A DNA stretch of 64,000 nucleotides from an uncultured Chthonomonadaceae bacterium (GCA_963817895.1 CAWFQB010000011.1:96001-160000); one strand, 5' to 3'. Numbered from the stretch's first letter, positions 32,023 to 42,484 are shown. Notes: generated from the letters alone by a model not told the origin. Translations and numbers: made by a program.

Positions 32023-33192
32023 GTGACTGGAAAACGCTTCCCGTTCCTATGGTCAAGCGCAACCCTTCTCGTCGTCCTGGGCGCCAATGGCGTTCGCGCC
32101 GACGAAAAGGCGGACGCGCTGCTCAAAGAAGCGGAACAGACGACAAAAACGACAAAAACACTGACCGCCAACATGAGCCTGTCGGAGCGCGTCAAAAACT
32201 CGGACGGCAAAGAGCAGATTACCAAAATGGCAGCGGCCATCAAACTCAGGAAGCCGAACCTGGCGCGTATTGACTTTACGGAGGGAGGGTTTGCCAAAAC
32301 CATCGCTTCGGATGGCAAAAACCTGTATACGCTGATGCCGAACAATCAGTATCAGAAAGAGGACGTGGATACACAGGGGAGAGCCATTGACACGATGGGG
32401 GCCGCGCCTGTAACGATGTTTTTCGGCGGTCAGGCGACCCGAATTTTCGGCAGCGGCAGCAAGCCTGAAACGCTTTACATGGGCAAGCAGAGCATAGAAG
32501 GCGTAGTGTATGAAGTGGTTCAGCTTAAAGGCAAAGGGCAAGTCGTCTACACGATGAACCTGTATATCGCGCCGAGCAAACTGGTAACGCGCATGGACGC
32601 GGAAATTGTAGCGGGCAGCCAGACTGTAAAAATGGATGCCATACTGAAGAACGTGAACGTGAGTATGCCTTTGCCCGAAACCGCGTTTGCTTATGCGCCA
32701 CCCAAAGGCGCAACGCTGTACGCGCCGCCGAGTTTGGACGACTACAACAAGAAACTGCTTCCCGTTGGCAGCGCGGCTCCACAGTTCGCGCTTTCTGCGC
32801 CAACCGGAGGCAAAATTGCCCTCGAGGATGCGCTGAAAGGCAAGAAAGCGGTTCTGGTCAACTTCTGGTTCTACAATTGAGGCGCTTGCCGTGAGGAGTT
32901 TCCTCACCTGCAAAAGCTGTACACCGAACTGAAAGACAAAGGGCTGGAACTGGTTGCGCTCAACGGCTCGGATAGCGCGGACATAATCAACAAGTACGTG
33001 AAGGAGAACAACTTTACGTTCCTGATCGGCATGAAGGGCAAAGGCGACAACTACGACGCGGCTTTGCAGTACCGCGTACAAGCCTATCCCACCAACTACA
33101 TACTGGACAGCAGCGGCAAAGTAATTTTCCGCTCTGTCGGTTTTGATGAAGCGGGTATCCGCAAAGCGCTGGAAAAGCTCGACATCAAGTAG
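32023..33192 (+). CDS. Exported LolA-like/DUF2092 - TlpA/redoxin fusion, probable selenoprotein (UGA 32878-32880 = Sec)
   Basis: '[22 protein letters not shown]' (UxxC) continuing in frame to '[11 protein letters not shown]'. Signal peptide and 'KPNLARID...SDGK' LolA-like N-terminal domain. Confidence 0.8.
32887..32912 (+). promoter_or_regulatory. Putative bacterial SECIS hairpin
   Basis: GUGAGGA-GUU-UCCUCAC stem separated from UGA by 10 nt, extendable by UGC/GCA. Confidence 0.7.
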
Positions 33193-33335
33193 GCGGCGAA
33201 ACTGTTCCGTAACTATCGGGTGAAGCGTCCACCGCGAGATTGGCAAGGCGCTTCACCCAAAAACAAAGGCGGCTATTACGCCGCCTTTGCGCTCGTCAGC
33301 ATTGCGCAATGGGGACGAAGTTGGGAGGAAAAGCG

Positions 33336-33662
33336 ATGCTGTTTTTAGTGAGTTGTGTGTACAATTGGGGTGTTACGGAGAAAAATTTTCGGGTTGTGGA
33401 GGCGGAGTCGCGGTTTGCGGTTGTGCAGGCTATCGTGGACCAGCCGGACATCTGGACTACGTTTCTGCGCGACTCGAACCTGTACGACCCGATAGTGCGC
33501 GGCAATATGCCGTACTATGCCGACCCGAAGCCCATTACGGCGGAAGAGGCGCTGCCGCTGATTGACCGTTCCAGCGTGGATGGCGACAGCCGCGCCCAGT
33601 TGTCCATTCTTCCGATTACCGACATTCTAAACCTCCCCTTGCCTCCCAATCCTTACTATTAA
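33336..33662 (+). CDS. Hypothetical protein
   Basis: GGAGG RBS, open frame of 108 aa, no recognised motif. Confidence 0.55.
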   Translation: MLFLVSCVYNWGVTEKNFRVVEAESRFAVVQAIVDQPDIWTTFLRDSNLYDPIVRGNMPYYADPKPITAEEALPLIDRSSVDGDSRAQLSILPITDILNLPLPPNPYY

Positions 33663-33824
33663 CCCGTAGACTTGTGTTCAATTCCAATTATCCCGCCGCT
33701 TCTCGCCGCTACTACCAAATTTTACGCCTCTCGTTCTATACACCCGCTCGCATAATTACCCGATACTAACCCTGAAAATATTCTTTTTTGATGAGCGAAT
33801 GAGACAAGGACGAGGAAAAGAGGC

Positions 33825-34961
33825 ATGACACACGAACGAACCCGATGCGCCTTTGTGGAGGGGCGCTGCTTACGTTGCGAAAGCCTGCCGGACGGACGCT
33901 GCAAAGGCGGCGAACCCGGTCTGGTACTGGGAGCGCAGGACGCGGATGCGGACGCCACTCTCCGCGCCGTTTTGAACGAGGCGTCGGTTGCTTATAACGC
34001 GGTTGGCCCGGTACTCACGCTGCCGGGCGGACGGACGGAACGAACTCTGTTGAGCAGCCTGCTGAAAGAGCGGCTTTCCCCGTATACGCAGGCTTGCATC
34101 CGCGCCGCATACGCAGCCGGGGGAGCCGACACGCCGGAACAGGTGATCGCCGCCCTCCTCTTCGCCGAGCCGCTGACAAGCCTGCTGCAAAACATGGAAC
34201 ACGAGTGGGTACGGGAAGCGCTCAATGAGGACTGGCTGTTCAGCGTGTTTCACCCGATTGTGGATGCGGCAACCGGGGAATGTTTCGCGCAGGAAGCGCT
34301 GATTCGCGCCCGTGACCCGCACACGGGGCAAACCATCGGCGCGGGGCCGATCATTCAGGCGTGTGAAAAACTCAATCTGGAACACCAACTGGATCAGCGC
34401 GCCCGCAAATCGGCCATTCGAGGCGCGGCGGAACTGAATCTGCAAACCAAAGTTTTTATCAACTTCCTGCCCAACACGATTTATGACCCGGAAATCTGCC
34501 TGCGCACCACCATGGAAGCGGCGGAAACCCATAACATTCCATTGGAAAGATTGGTCTTTGAAGTGGTGGAAACGGAACACATTCCCGACATGCCGCGCCT
34601 GCGCCATATTCTGGAATACTACCGCGAACGGGGCGTGGGAACCGCCGTAGACGATATGGGCGCGGGCTTTACCTCACTGGAATATCTCACGGCTCTGCGC
34701 CCCGACTACGTGAAACTGGATCGCGATGTTGTCGTGGAGGCCGAACACAGGCTCAAAAAGCGCGACCAGATGCGCCAGATCGTCCATACGGCAAAGGACC
34801 TCGGCATCCGCGTGATTGCCGAAGGGATCGAAACGCCCGGGCAAATGCAATTGTGCGTCCAACTCGGCGTGGATTATTTGCAGGGCTACCTTTTCGCCCG
34901 CCCCGCCTGCCCGCCGCAGACGGTGAATTTTCCGGTTGCGCAGTTACAACGAGCGGCATAA
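33825..34961 (+). CDS. EAL-domain c-di-GMP phosphodiesterase
   Basis: EAL, 'FINFLP', 'FEVVETE', 'DDMGAG', 'KLDR', 'AEGIET', 'QGYLF'. Confidence 0.93.
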   Translation: MTHERTRCAFVEGRCLRCESLPDGRCKGGEPGLVLGAQDADADATLRAVLNEASVAYNAVGPVLTLPGGRTERTLLSSLLKERLSPYTQACIRAAYAAGGADTPEQVIAALLFAEPLTSLLQNMEHEWVREALNEDWLFSVFHPIVDAATGECFAQEALIRARDPHTGQTIGAGPIIQACEKLNLEHQLDQRARKSAIRGAAELNLQTKVFINFLPNTIYDPEICLRTTMEAAETHNIPLERLVFEVVETEHIPDMPRLRHILEYYRERGVGTAVDDMGAGFTSLEYLTALRPDYVKLDRDVVVEAEHRLKKRDQMRQIVHTAKDLGIRVIAEGIETPGQMQLCVQLGVDYLQGYLFARPACPPQTVNFPVAQLQRAA

Positions 34962-34962
34962 G

Positions 34963-35053
34963 TAGGTTTTTAGGGTTTTAGGGTTGTAGGGTTGTAGGTA
35001 GTGGATGCCTGAATGCCCTTAGAACCCTAAAACCCTAAAAACCTAAAAACCTA
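34963..35053. repeat. Inverted octamer tandem repeats (TAGGGTTT)n/(AAACCCTA)n
   Basis: Directly visible between convergent genes. Confidence 0.85.
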
Positions 35054-35326
35054 CTTATGCCCCGTGCGCGGCAGGCGTTTTTCTACGGAAGCGCCGCCGG
35101 AACGCGAATTGGGATTGGCGCGATTGTTGAAGTGGCCCGGAGTGGAATTACCGCTCGTTGGGCCGATTTTTTTGCCTTTGGCCTGCGCCCGCCGCTGTTC
35201 ACGGTTCAGGGCCGGGGCGGGCGCGGCGGTTTGGGTATCGGAAGTCTCTTCGGTTTGGGTTGGTTGTTGCGGTTGTTCTGCTGAGTCGGATGTTGTTTGC
35301 GCGGACTGCGCATCTTCGGCTGCCAT
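35051..35326 (-). CDS. Small hypothetical, likely disordered protein
   Basis: AAGGGG RBS, 'LNREQRRAQAKGKK' motif, upstream TATAAT. Confidence 0.6.
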   Translation of the reverse strand: MAAEDAQSAQTTSDSAEQPQQPTQTEETSDTQTAAPAPALNREQRRAQAKGKKIGPTSGNSTPGHFNNRANPNSRSGGASVEKRLPRTGHK

Positions 35327-35500
35327 AAAAGTTCCCCCTTGCGCGCGAGGAGTGTTGCGCGGCTACTTGCATTATAGCGCAAAAATCGCCATTTGCTAAA
35401 CCAGTTGACACATCGCGCAAATCCTGACATACTTGACCATTACGAATATGCCGGATGATGAGTTGCCGCGCCAATTCAGGATACAGAAGGGTGGTTTGAT

Positions 35501-37615
35501 ATGACCGCAGAAGCGAAAACGCAATTGGAAGCAGGCCCTGCAACAGCGAAGCGTCCACGACCGGCGCGGCAGGAGAATGTTGTCGAAACGCTGCATGGCG
35601 TAGAAATTACCGACCCTTATCGCTGGCTGGAAGATCAGGACAGCCCGGAAACGCGCGACTGGATTGGGGAGCAGGACGCTTATACCCGGACACTACTGGC
35701 CCAAACGCCGGGACGCGCCGAAATCGAGCAACGCCTGAATCGAACTGGCGCGTATCGACTCTGGTCGGTATTCCGACCGCGCGGCATAACGCCTACTTTT
35801 TCTCGCGCCGTAACGCCAATCAGGAACTGCCCGTGCTATATCGCCGCGTCGGATTGACGGGCGCGGACGAGGTTCTGCATTGACCCGCACACCCTGAGCG
35901 CCGACCACTCCACCACCATTTCCATGCAGGACATTTCTGAAGACGGTTCGCTGATTGTTTACGGCATCCGGCAGGGCGGCGAAGATGAAGTGGAAATTCG
36001 GTTCATGGACGTGGACAGCAAAACGGATCGCGCCGACGTTCTGCCCCGCGCCCGTTTTATGAGTACCGCCCTGACACAAGACAAGCAAACCCTCTACTAT
36101 TCGCTGGAAACCGACGATGGCCCTCGCGCTTACCGGCATACATTGGGTGCGGACATGGCTGCCGATGTGGAGATTTTCGGCGCGGGATACGACAAGGGTA
36201 AGTATCTGACGCTGCACGTTTCCGAGGATGGCCGCTATCTGCTGTTCAATGTCTTTTACGGTTCCGCCGCCACGAAAACCGATCTGTTTATTCAGCGTTT
36301 GAATACAACTGTCTGAAGCGAATGTAGCCCCGATTGTGCCGCTTATTACCACGATTGAGGCCCGCTTTTACGGCGACATTGGCGGCGACACGCTGTACCT
36401 GCAAACCAACTGGAACGCGCCCAACGAGCGCCTGCTTTCCCTTGACCTGACGCATCTGGATTTGACGCAGGCGACGGACGCGCCCGTTGCCCCGGAATTG
36501 CTGAAGGAACTTGTCCCCACTTCCCCGACCGCCGTGCTGGAAGGGTTTTCGCTTGCGGGCGGGCAGATCATTCTCAACTATCTGCAGGACGTCACGTCCC
36601 GCGTCCAGATTTTCGACCCGGCGGGAAGCCGGTTCGCGACATTGAGCTGCCCACGCTCGGTACGGCGGGCGGCCTGTACGGGCGGTGGGACAGCCCGGAA
36701 GCCTTTTACATGTTTACGTCGTTCGCGTTTCCCGCTGTGGTCACCCGCTACGATATGAACACGGGCAAGTCGAGCGAGTGGGCGCGTATGAACGTCCCCA
36801 TCAATCCCGATGCGTTTGAAGTGAAGCAGGTGTTTTATGCGTCCAAAGACGGCACGCGCATCCCGATGTTTCTGCTGCACAAAAAAGGGCTGGAATTGGA
36901 CGGGGCGCGGCCAACCCTGCTGTACGGCTATGGCGGCTTCACGGCCAGCATGACGCCCTACTTCTCTTCGCTCGCGACGGTATGGGCGGAACAGGGCGGC
37001 GTGTATGCGGTCGCCAATCTGCGCGGCGGCGGCGAGTATGGCGAGGACTGGCACAGGGCGGGCATGCTCGCCAACAAGCAGAACACCTTCGACGATTTCA
37101 TCGCGGCGGGGGAATGGCTGATTACTCAAAACATTACCAACCCGGACAAACTCGCCATTATGGGCGGCAGCAATGGCGGCCTGCTTGTCGGCGCGGCCTT
37201 AACGCAGCGGCCCGAACTGTTCCGGGCGGTAATTTGCGCGGTTCCCCTGCTCGACATGGTGCGCTATCATCAATTTCTCGTAGCCCGCTACTGGGTGCCG
37301 GAATACGGCTCTTCGGAAGACCCGGAACAGTTCAAAACCCTGTATGCGTATTCGCCGTATCATCGGGTAACGCCGGGCGCAAAGTATCCTGCCACGATGT
37401 TCGTAACCGGGGATGCGGATACCCGCGTCGCGCCGCTTCACGCCCGCAAAATGGCCGCGCTCTTGCAGGCGCAAACGGGTTCGGATTATCCCATTCTGCT
37501 GCACTACGATACTAAATCCGGCCACATGGGAACCCGCCCAATGGGCAAAGTGATCGAAGACCTGCTGGACCAACTCTGCTTTCTCTTCGGTCAACTCGGC
37601 GTGACTGCCGCGTGA
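35501..37615 (+). CDS. Prolyl oligopeptidase (S9A), frameshifted
   Basis: 'DPYRWLED', 'YGYGGF', 'RGGGEYG', GGSNGG, 'DTRV', 'GH'. Confidence 0.95.
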
Positions 37616-37656
37616 AACACGGAGGAGTTTAGCCGCGAATACACGCGAATAGGATT

Positions 37657-37790
37657 ATGACTAAACCAACAACCAAAAACATACAAATTACCACGCTGCC
37701 CAATGGCGTTCGCGTAGTTTCCGAAACCGTCACTTATGTGCAGTCCGCGTCTGTCGGGCTGCTTGTCGGGATTGGTTCGCGAGATGAAAG
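37657..37790 (+). repeat. Duplicated 5' end (~45 codons) of the downstream M16 peptidase gene
   Basis: Near-identical to 38555-38690. Confidence 0.95.
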
Positions 37791-37803
37791 CAACGAGGAA
37801 CAC

Positions 37804-38430
37804 ATGGTCGCGCAGAGACAATACAAGTATATTTCGCCGGAGCAGTATTTGGCGGCGGAAGATAAGGCGGAAGCCAAAAGCGAGTATTACGACGGCGTAA
37901 TTGTCGCAATGTCGGGAGCCACGCCTGAACATAACAAAATTACGTTTGATCTAACCGTGACACTTGGGTCACAGTTGCAACGTGGGAATTGTCAGGGATT
38001 TGCCAGTGACTTGCGTGTGCGTGTGCCGGTCTGCAACAACTACTTTTATCCTGATGTTTCCGTTGCCTGTGAAGAACCGCGCTACGAAATCATTCAGGGT
38101 TTACGCGCCCTGCTCAATCCCGCGCTGATTGTAGAAGTGCTTTCCAACAGCACAGAGCAGGCGGACAGGGGCAATAAGTTTCGCTGCTACCAGACGCTGG
38201 AGTCGCTGCAAGCGTATGTTCTGGTGTCGCAATACAGGCCACGCATTGAAGTATTCACTCGTCAGGAAGACGGTTCGTGGCAATACCGGGCCTTTGAAGG
38301 GATGGACGCGGTTGCGCCGTTGCCCACAATCGGCTGTGAACTCCGGCTTGCTGACGTGTATTCTCGCATGATATTCCCGCCTGAATTGGAGGAAGACGCC
38401 ACAGCCGCGTCAGCGGAGGAAACCGAATAA
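37804..38430 (+). CDS. Uma2 family (DUF820) putative endonuclease
   Basis: 'SPEQYL..E...KSEYYDG.IVAMSG', 'YPDVSV', 'VEVLSNSTEQADRGNK', 'YVLVSQ'. Confidence 0.92.
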   Translation: MVAQRQYKYISPEQYLAAEDKAEAKSEYYDGVIVAMSGATPEHNKITFDLTVTLGSQLQRGNCQGFASDLRVRVPVCNNYFYPDVSVACEEPRYEIIQGLRALLNPALIVEVLSNSTEQADRGNKFRCYQTLESLQAYVLVSQYRPRIEVFTRQEDGSWQYRAFEGMDAVAPLPTIGCELRLADVYSRMIFPPELEEDATAASAEETE

Positions 38431-38554
38431 TCGCAGATGAAACTTCTCGTCAGCAATGAGCGAAAAATTGTATACCGCAAGTCTATGGCATTGCGCGTAT
38501 GCAGTGGCGCGATGGCGTTGCTTTTCGTGGCTGGACCTGTGGTATTATATTGCT

Positions 38555-39825
38555 ATGACTAAGCCAACAACCGAAAACATACAAATTACCACGCTGCCCA
38601 ATGGCGTTCGCGTGGTTTCCGAAACCGTCACTTATGTGCAGTCCGCGTCTGTCGGGCTGTGGGTCGGGAATCGGGTCGCGAGATGAAGACGATCCCCGAC
38701 GCGGCATCTCGCACTTCATCGAACACATGCTGTTCAAGGGAACCGGTAAGCGCGCGGCGCGGGAAATCGCCGATGAGATCGAGTTCGCGGGGCGGGCATC
38801 TCAACGCCTTTACGGGCAAGGAAACAACGTGCTACGAAACCCGCGTTCTGGCGGAAGATACCGCCCTTGCTCTTGACATTCTGACGGATATGTTCCGCAA
38901 TTCGCTGTTCGATAAGGACGAGATGGAGCGGGAAAAGCGGGTCGTGCTGGAAGAGATCAAGATGTACGAGGACTCGCCCGAAGAGATGGTGCATGACATC
39001 TTCGAGCAGACGCTGTTTGGCAAGCATCCGCTCGGACAGCCCATTATCGGCAGCGACAAAACCGTGTCCGGCCTGTCCCGCGAAGACATTATGGATTATA
39101 TCGCCACGCAGTACCGCCCTGACCGCATTGTGGTGGCGGGCGCGGGCAATCTGGAACACGAGGAACTGGTTCGCATTTCGCAGGAAGCGCTGGGTGATTT
39201 GAGCGGGCTGGCCCCCGAACGCGACGGCAAAAGCCCCAAAGCGTCCGGCAAAAGCAAGCAGGTGAAAAAGCGCGACGTGGAGCAGGTTCATTTCGTGATG
39301 GGTACGGACGGCTACAGCAAGTCCGACAAAAAGCGGTATTCGCTGTCCATTCTCAATAATGTTCTGGGCGGCAACATGAGTTCGCGCCTGTTTCAGGAGG
39401 TTCGCGAAAAGCGCGGGCTGGCGTATGCCATCGGCACGTATGGGCGCTCGTATCTCGACGGCGGCTACTTCTGCGCATACGGCGGAACCAGTCCCGACAC
39501 TTATGAGCAGGTTCTTGACCTGACGCGCCGCGAATTCGCCAATGTCCGCAAAAACGGCCTGACGGATGATGAACTGACCAAAGCCAAAACGCAGGTGCGG
39601 GGCGCGGTTGTTCTGGGGCTGGAAAGCATGAACGCCCGCATGAACCGCTACGGCGATTCCCTCCTCTCCTATGGCCGCGTGATTCCCATTGCGGAAGTGC
39701 TGGCCGAATACGAGGCCGTCACTCATGAAAGTATCGCGGAAGTCGCCGACCACGTTCTGGACGAGGAGAAACTGACGCTGACGGCGATTGGAGCCTTCCC
39801 GCGCGCTAAAAAAGAAACCAATTAA
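38555..39825 (+). CDS. M16 family (pitrilysin-like) zinc peptidase, frameshifted
   Basis: 'LPNGVRV', HxxEH 'SHFIEHMLFKGT', 'NAFT.KE.T', 'SSRLFQEVREKRGLAY'. Confidence 0.93.
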
Positions 39826-40026
39826 ACCACGGGGAACACGGGGGACACGGGGAGGAGAGGGGGAAGAACAAAGAGTAGTATTTACCACGAAGGACACAGA
39901 TAACGCGGATAAACACGGATACTGAAAAAGATTTGAATTTAATCCGTGTTCATCTGTTTCATCCGTTTGATCCGTGGAAAATTCTTCCCCCTCTCCTCCC
40001 CGTGTCCCCCGTGTTCCCCGTGGTTT
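39824..40026. repeat. Nested inverted repeats built of 9-nt periodic units (MITE-like)
   Basis: Outer arms aaaccacggggaacacgggggacacggggaggagagg / reverse complement. Inner arms ...acacggat / atccgtgt...atccgtgg. Confidence 0.9.
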
Positions 40027-40047
40027 AGTTTTTGAGGTGTATCTGTG

Positions 40048-40659
40048 ATGGCTGACGACGGCGGGCGCGTGGTGTTTACGGTAGGACACTCCAATCACGC
40101 GCTGGAAACTTTTTTGGAGTTACTGCGCCGACATCGGATAGACGTGCTGGTGGATACTCGTTCGCGCCCCTCTTCGCGCTATGTGCCGCATTTCAATCAC
40201 GACGCGCTTCGGCCTGCCATAGAGCAGTCGGGGGCGCGATTCGTGTTTTTGGGGCAGGAATTAGGCGGCAGGCCGGACGGAGCCGAATTTTACGATGCCG
40301 AGGGGCATGTTCGGTATGACCGGGTGGCCCAAACGCCGGAGTTTCTGAACGGCGTGGCGAAAGTGGAGCGGGGCGCGGAACAGCATCGTATCGCGCTTTT
40401 ATGCAGCGAAGAGAACCCGGCTATTTGTCACCGGCGACTGCTGATCGGGCGCGTGTTGGGTGAGCGCGGAACGCGGGTTGCGCATATCCGGGGCGATGGC
40501 AGGCTGCAAACCGAGGCGGAACTGATGGCGGAAGAGGCAGCGGGCGAGGATGATGGCGGGCAGCAGTCGTTGTTCGGGGATGAGGAGGAATTGACGGCGT
40601 GGAGGTCTATACAATCGGTTTCACGCAAAAAACAGCCCGGCAGTTCTTCGAGGCGCTGA
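40048..40659 (+). CDS. DUF488 family protein
   Basis: 'FTVGHSNH', 'LVDTRSRP', 'ELGGRP', 'LLCSEENP..CHRRL'. Confidence 0.9.
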   Translation: MADDGGRVVFTVGHSNHALETFLELLRRHRIDVLVDTRSRPSSRYVPHFNHDALRPAIEQSGARFVFLGQELGGRPDGAEFYDAEGHVRYDRVAQTPEFLNGVAKVERGAEQHRIALLCSEENPAICHRRLLIGRVLGERGTRVAHIRGDGRLQTEAELMAEEAAGEDDGGQQSLFGDEEELTAWRSIQSVSRKKQPGSSSRR

Positions 40660-41036
40660 ATCAGGCGGGCGTGAAGCGTTTGCTGGATGTGCGGCTCAAC
40701 AACGTTTCGCAGCTTGCGGGGTTTGCCAAGCGCGACGATCTGGCGTATTTCCTGCAATCCATTTGCGGTATCGAATACCGGCACGAAACCCTGTTGGCCC
40801 CCACGCAGGAGATGCTCGACGCATACAAAAAACACAAAGGCGATTGGGGCGAGTACGAAATCCGCTTTCTGAATCTGATGCGCGAACGACAGATTGAAAC
40901 CGCCTTGGACCGCGAACTCTTCGCCGTTCCAACGGTATTGCTGTGCAGCGAACTCACCCCGGAGCATTGTCACCGACGGCTGGTTGTCGAATATCTACAG
41001 GAAAAATGGGGCGGCATACAGGTTGTAGATTTGTAA
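40599..41036 (+). CDS. DUF488 family protein (second subtype)
   Basis: 'YTIGFTQK', 'DVRLNNVSQLAGFAKRDDL', 'LAPT', 'LLCSE..PEHCHRRLV'. Confidence 0.9.
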   Translation: MEVYTIGFTQKTARQFFEALNQAGVKRLLDVRLNNVSQLAGFAKRDDLAYFLQSICGIEYRHETLLAPTQEMLDAYKKHKGDWGEYEIRFLNLMRERQIETALDRELFAVPTVLLCSELTPEHCHRRLVVEYLQEKWGGIQVVDL

Positions 41037-41146
41037 ATCTGTGTTGGATATGCAGGATTTTTCCGCCGGATCATCGGTTGAATGTTCGCGTTCATTCGCG
41101 TTTATTCGCGGCTAAGTTCTTCTGAATGAGCGCAGGAGCCGAAGCG

Positions 41147-42478
41147 ATGCCAACCTTCGAAATCGTGTGTCTTGCCAATTCGCGCAAACGGCAGGGGCGG
41201 TGCGTGGCGGGGTTGCGGCTGGATGGCAAGGGCTGGCTGCGCCCGGTCGGTTCCAATGCCGAGGGCGTCCTGTATTCACACCACTACACGCTTCCTGACA
41301 ATACCGAACCGCAGTTGGGCGATGTGCTGCGCGTCCACTGTTCGCGCCCCCGGCCTCAACCGCACCACCCTGAAGATTGGGTTGTTATGTCGCTGCCCTG
41401 GGAGCGCGTGACCGGCGCGGCAGAAAACAATCGGCGCGACTGGCTGTACGGATACTTGTCGTCCGGTCCGCAGTTGTTAGGCAGCGCGGGGGATCGCATC
41501 GCGCAGACGCAGGTTCAGGCCCATCCGGTCGCCCATTCGCTGAGTCTGGTCGCGCCGCAAACCCTGCAATGGCAGATTACCGTCAACAAAGAGGGGGAAC
41601 GGCGGAACCGGGTGGCGTTCACGCTGGACGGGGCGCATTATAACCTTGCGCTCACCGATCCCGTCTGGGAACCACGCCTGCTGCACCTCAAACCCGGTCT
41701 GCACAACCGGGAAGCGGCGCAAATTGACGACAAGGCCGAAGTGTGGCTTACCGTTAGCCTGAGCGAACCGTTTGCCCCAAACGAGCAGGACGAGTCATAC
41801 TGCTATAAATTAGTCGCAGGCGTTCTGGTTCTGACGGCGGAAGCGGAATTGGCGCAGGGTAAATCAATAATCGCCAGGGGGAGCAAACCCACAGCCATAT
41901 CGCGCAGGCAGAAGGCGAATAAGCCTCTTCCCGCCTATGCCAGTGTTCCCGACCTTAGGGGCTATCCCGATCCATTTGCCGATGATTTACCGGCGATTGC
42001 AGTCTCAGGCGGCAGTCGCGCTGTTAGCCCGCCTGTGACTGCCGCAGCCATGCTGCCGCCTGCTTCGCCCCCGAACCTCAAAGCTACCGGCGCAGGGAAC
42101 AATACCAATGTAGAAGCGGAAGCGGTTCCGGCACTGCCGGGAAACGCGCCGACAAAGGAGCGCAATCCGAAACGGCAAAACCGCAGTCGGCAAAACAACC
42201 CGAACCGTAGCGCCGACAGCGATGCCCCGCCAACAACATACGGCAGAACCAACGGCAAGTGGGACACCCCACAGGATAAACTATTGTGGCAAAAGCAGAT
42301 GGCGCGGAGCCGACATACCAATGCCCCTGTATCCCTGCACTGGTCGGAGGACGAGGACGCGCTGCTGCTGCGGCTTGCGGAGGATGGCGAAACGCCCGAA
42401 GCCGTTGCTGAACAAGTAGGGCGGACATTGGAAGACGTTTACAACCGCATGGAGAAAATTGAAATCAGGTCTGGATAA
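41147..42478 (+). CDS. Dual OB-fold domain protein with Pro/Ala linker and C-terminal Myb/HTH-like domain
   Basis: 'CLANSRK..GRCVAG', 'WLRPV', 'HPED', 'SLSLV', 'TDP', 'TVSLSEPF..CYKLVAGV'. C-terminal 'WSEDEDALL...VAEQVGRT'. Confidence 0.7.
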   Translation: MPTFEIVCLANSRKRQGRCVAGLRLDGKGWLRPVGSNAEGVLYSHHYTLPDNTEPQLGDVLRVHCSRPRPQPHHPEDWVVMSLPWERVTGAAENNRRDWLYGYLSSGPQLLGSAGDRIAQTQVQAHPVAHSLSLVAPQTLQWQITVNKEGERRNRVAFTLDGAHYNLALTDPVWEPRLLHLKPGLHNREAAQIDDKAEVWLTVSLSEPFAPNEQDESYCYKLVAGVLVLTAEAELAQGKSIIARGSKPTAISRRQKANKPLPAYASVPDLRGYPDPFADDLPAIAVSGGSRAVSPPVTAAAMLPPASPPNLKATGAGNNTNVEAEAVPALPGNAPTKERNPKRQNRSRQNNPNRSADSDAPPTTYGRTNGKWDTPQDKLLWQKQMARSRHTNAPVSLHWSEDEDALLLRLAEDGETPEAVAEQVGRTLEDVYNRMEKIEIRSG

Positions 42479-42484
42479 ACAAAA

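Noticed and set aside
38734..40098. Long antisense ORFs (also 32053-33246, 46499-47710, 26537-27862, 24257-25420)
   Set aside because: Shadow frames of GC-rich genes with no recognisable motifs.
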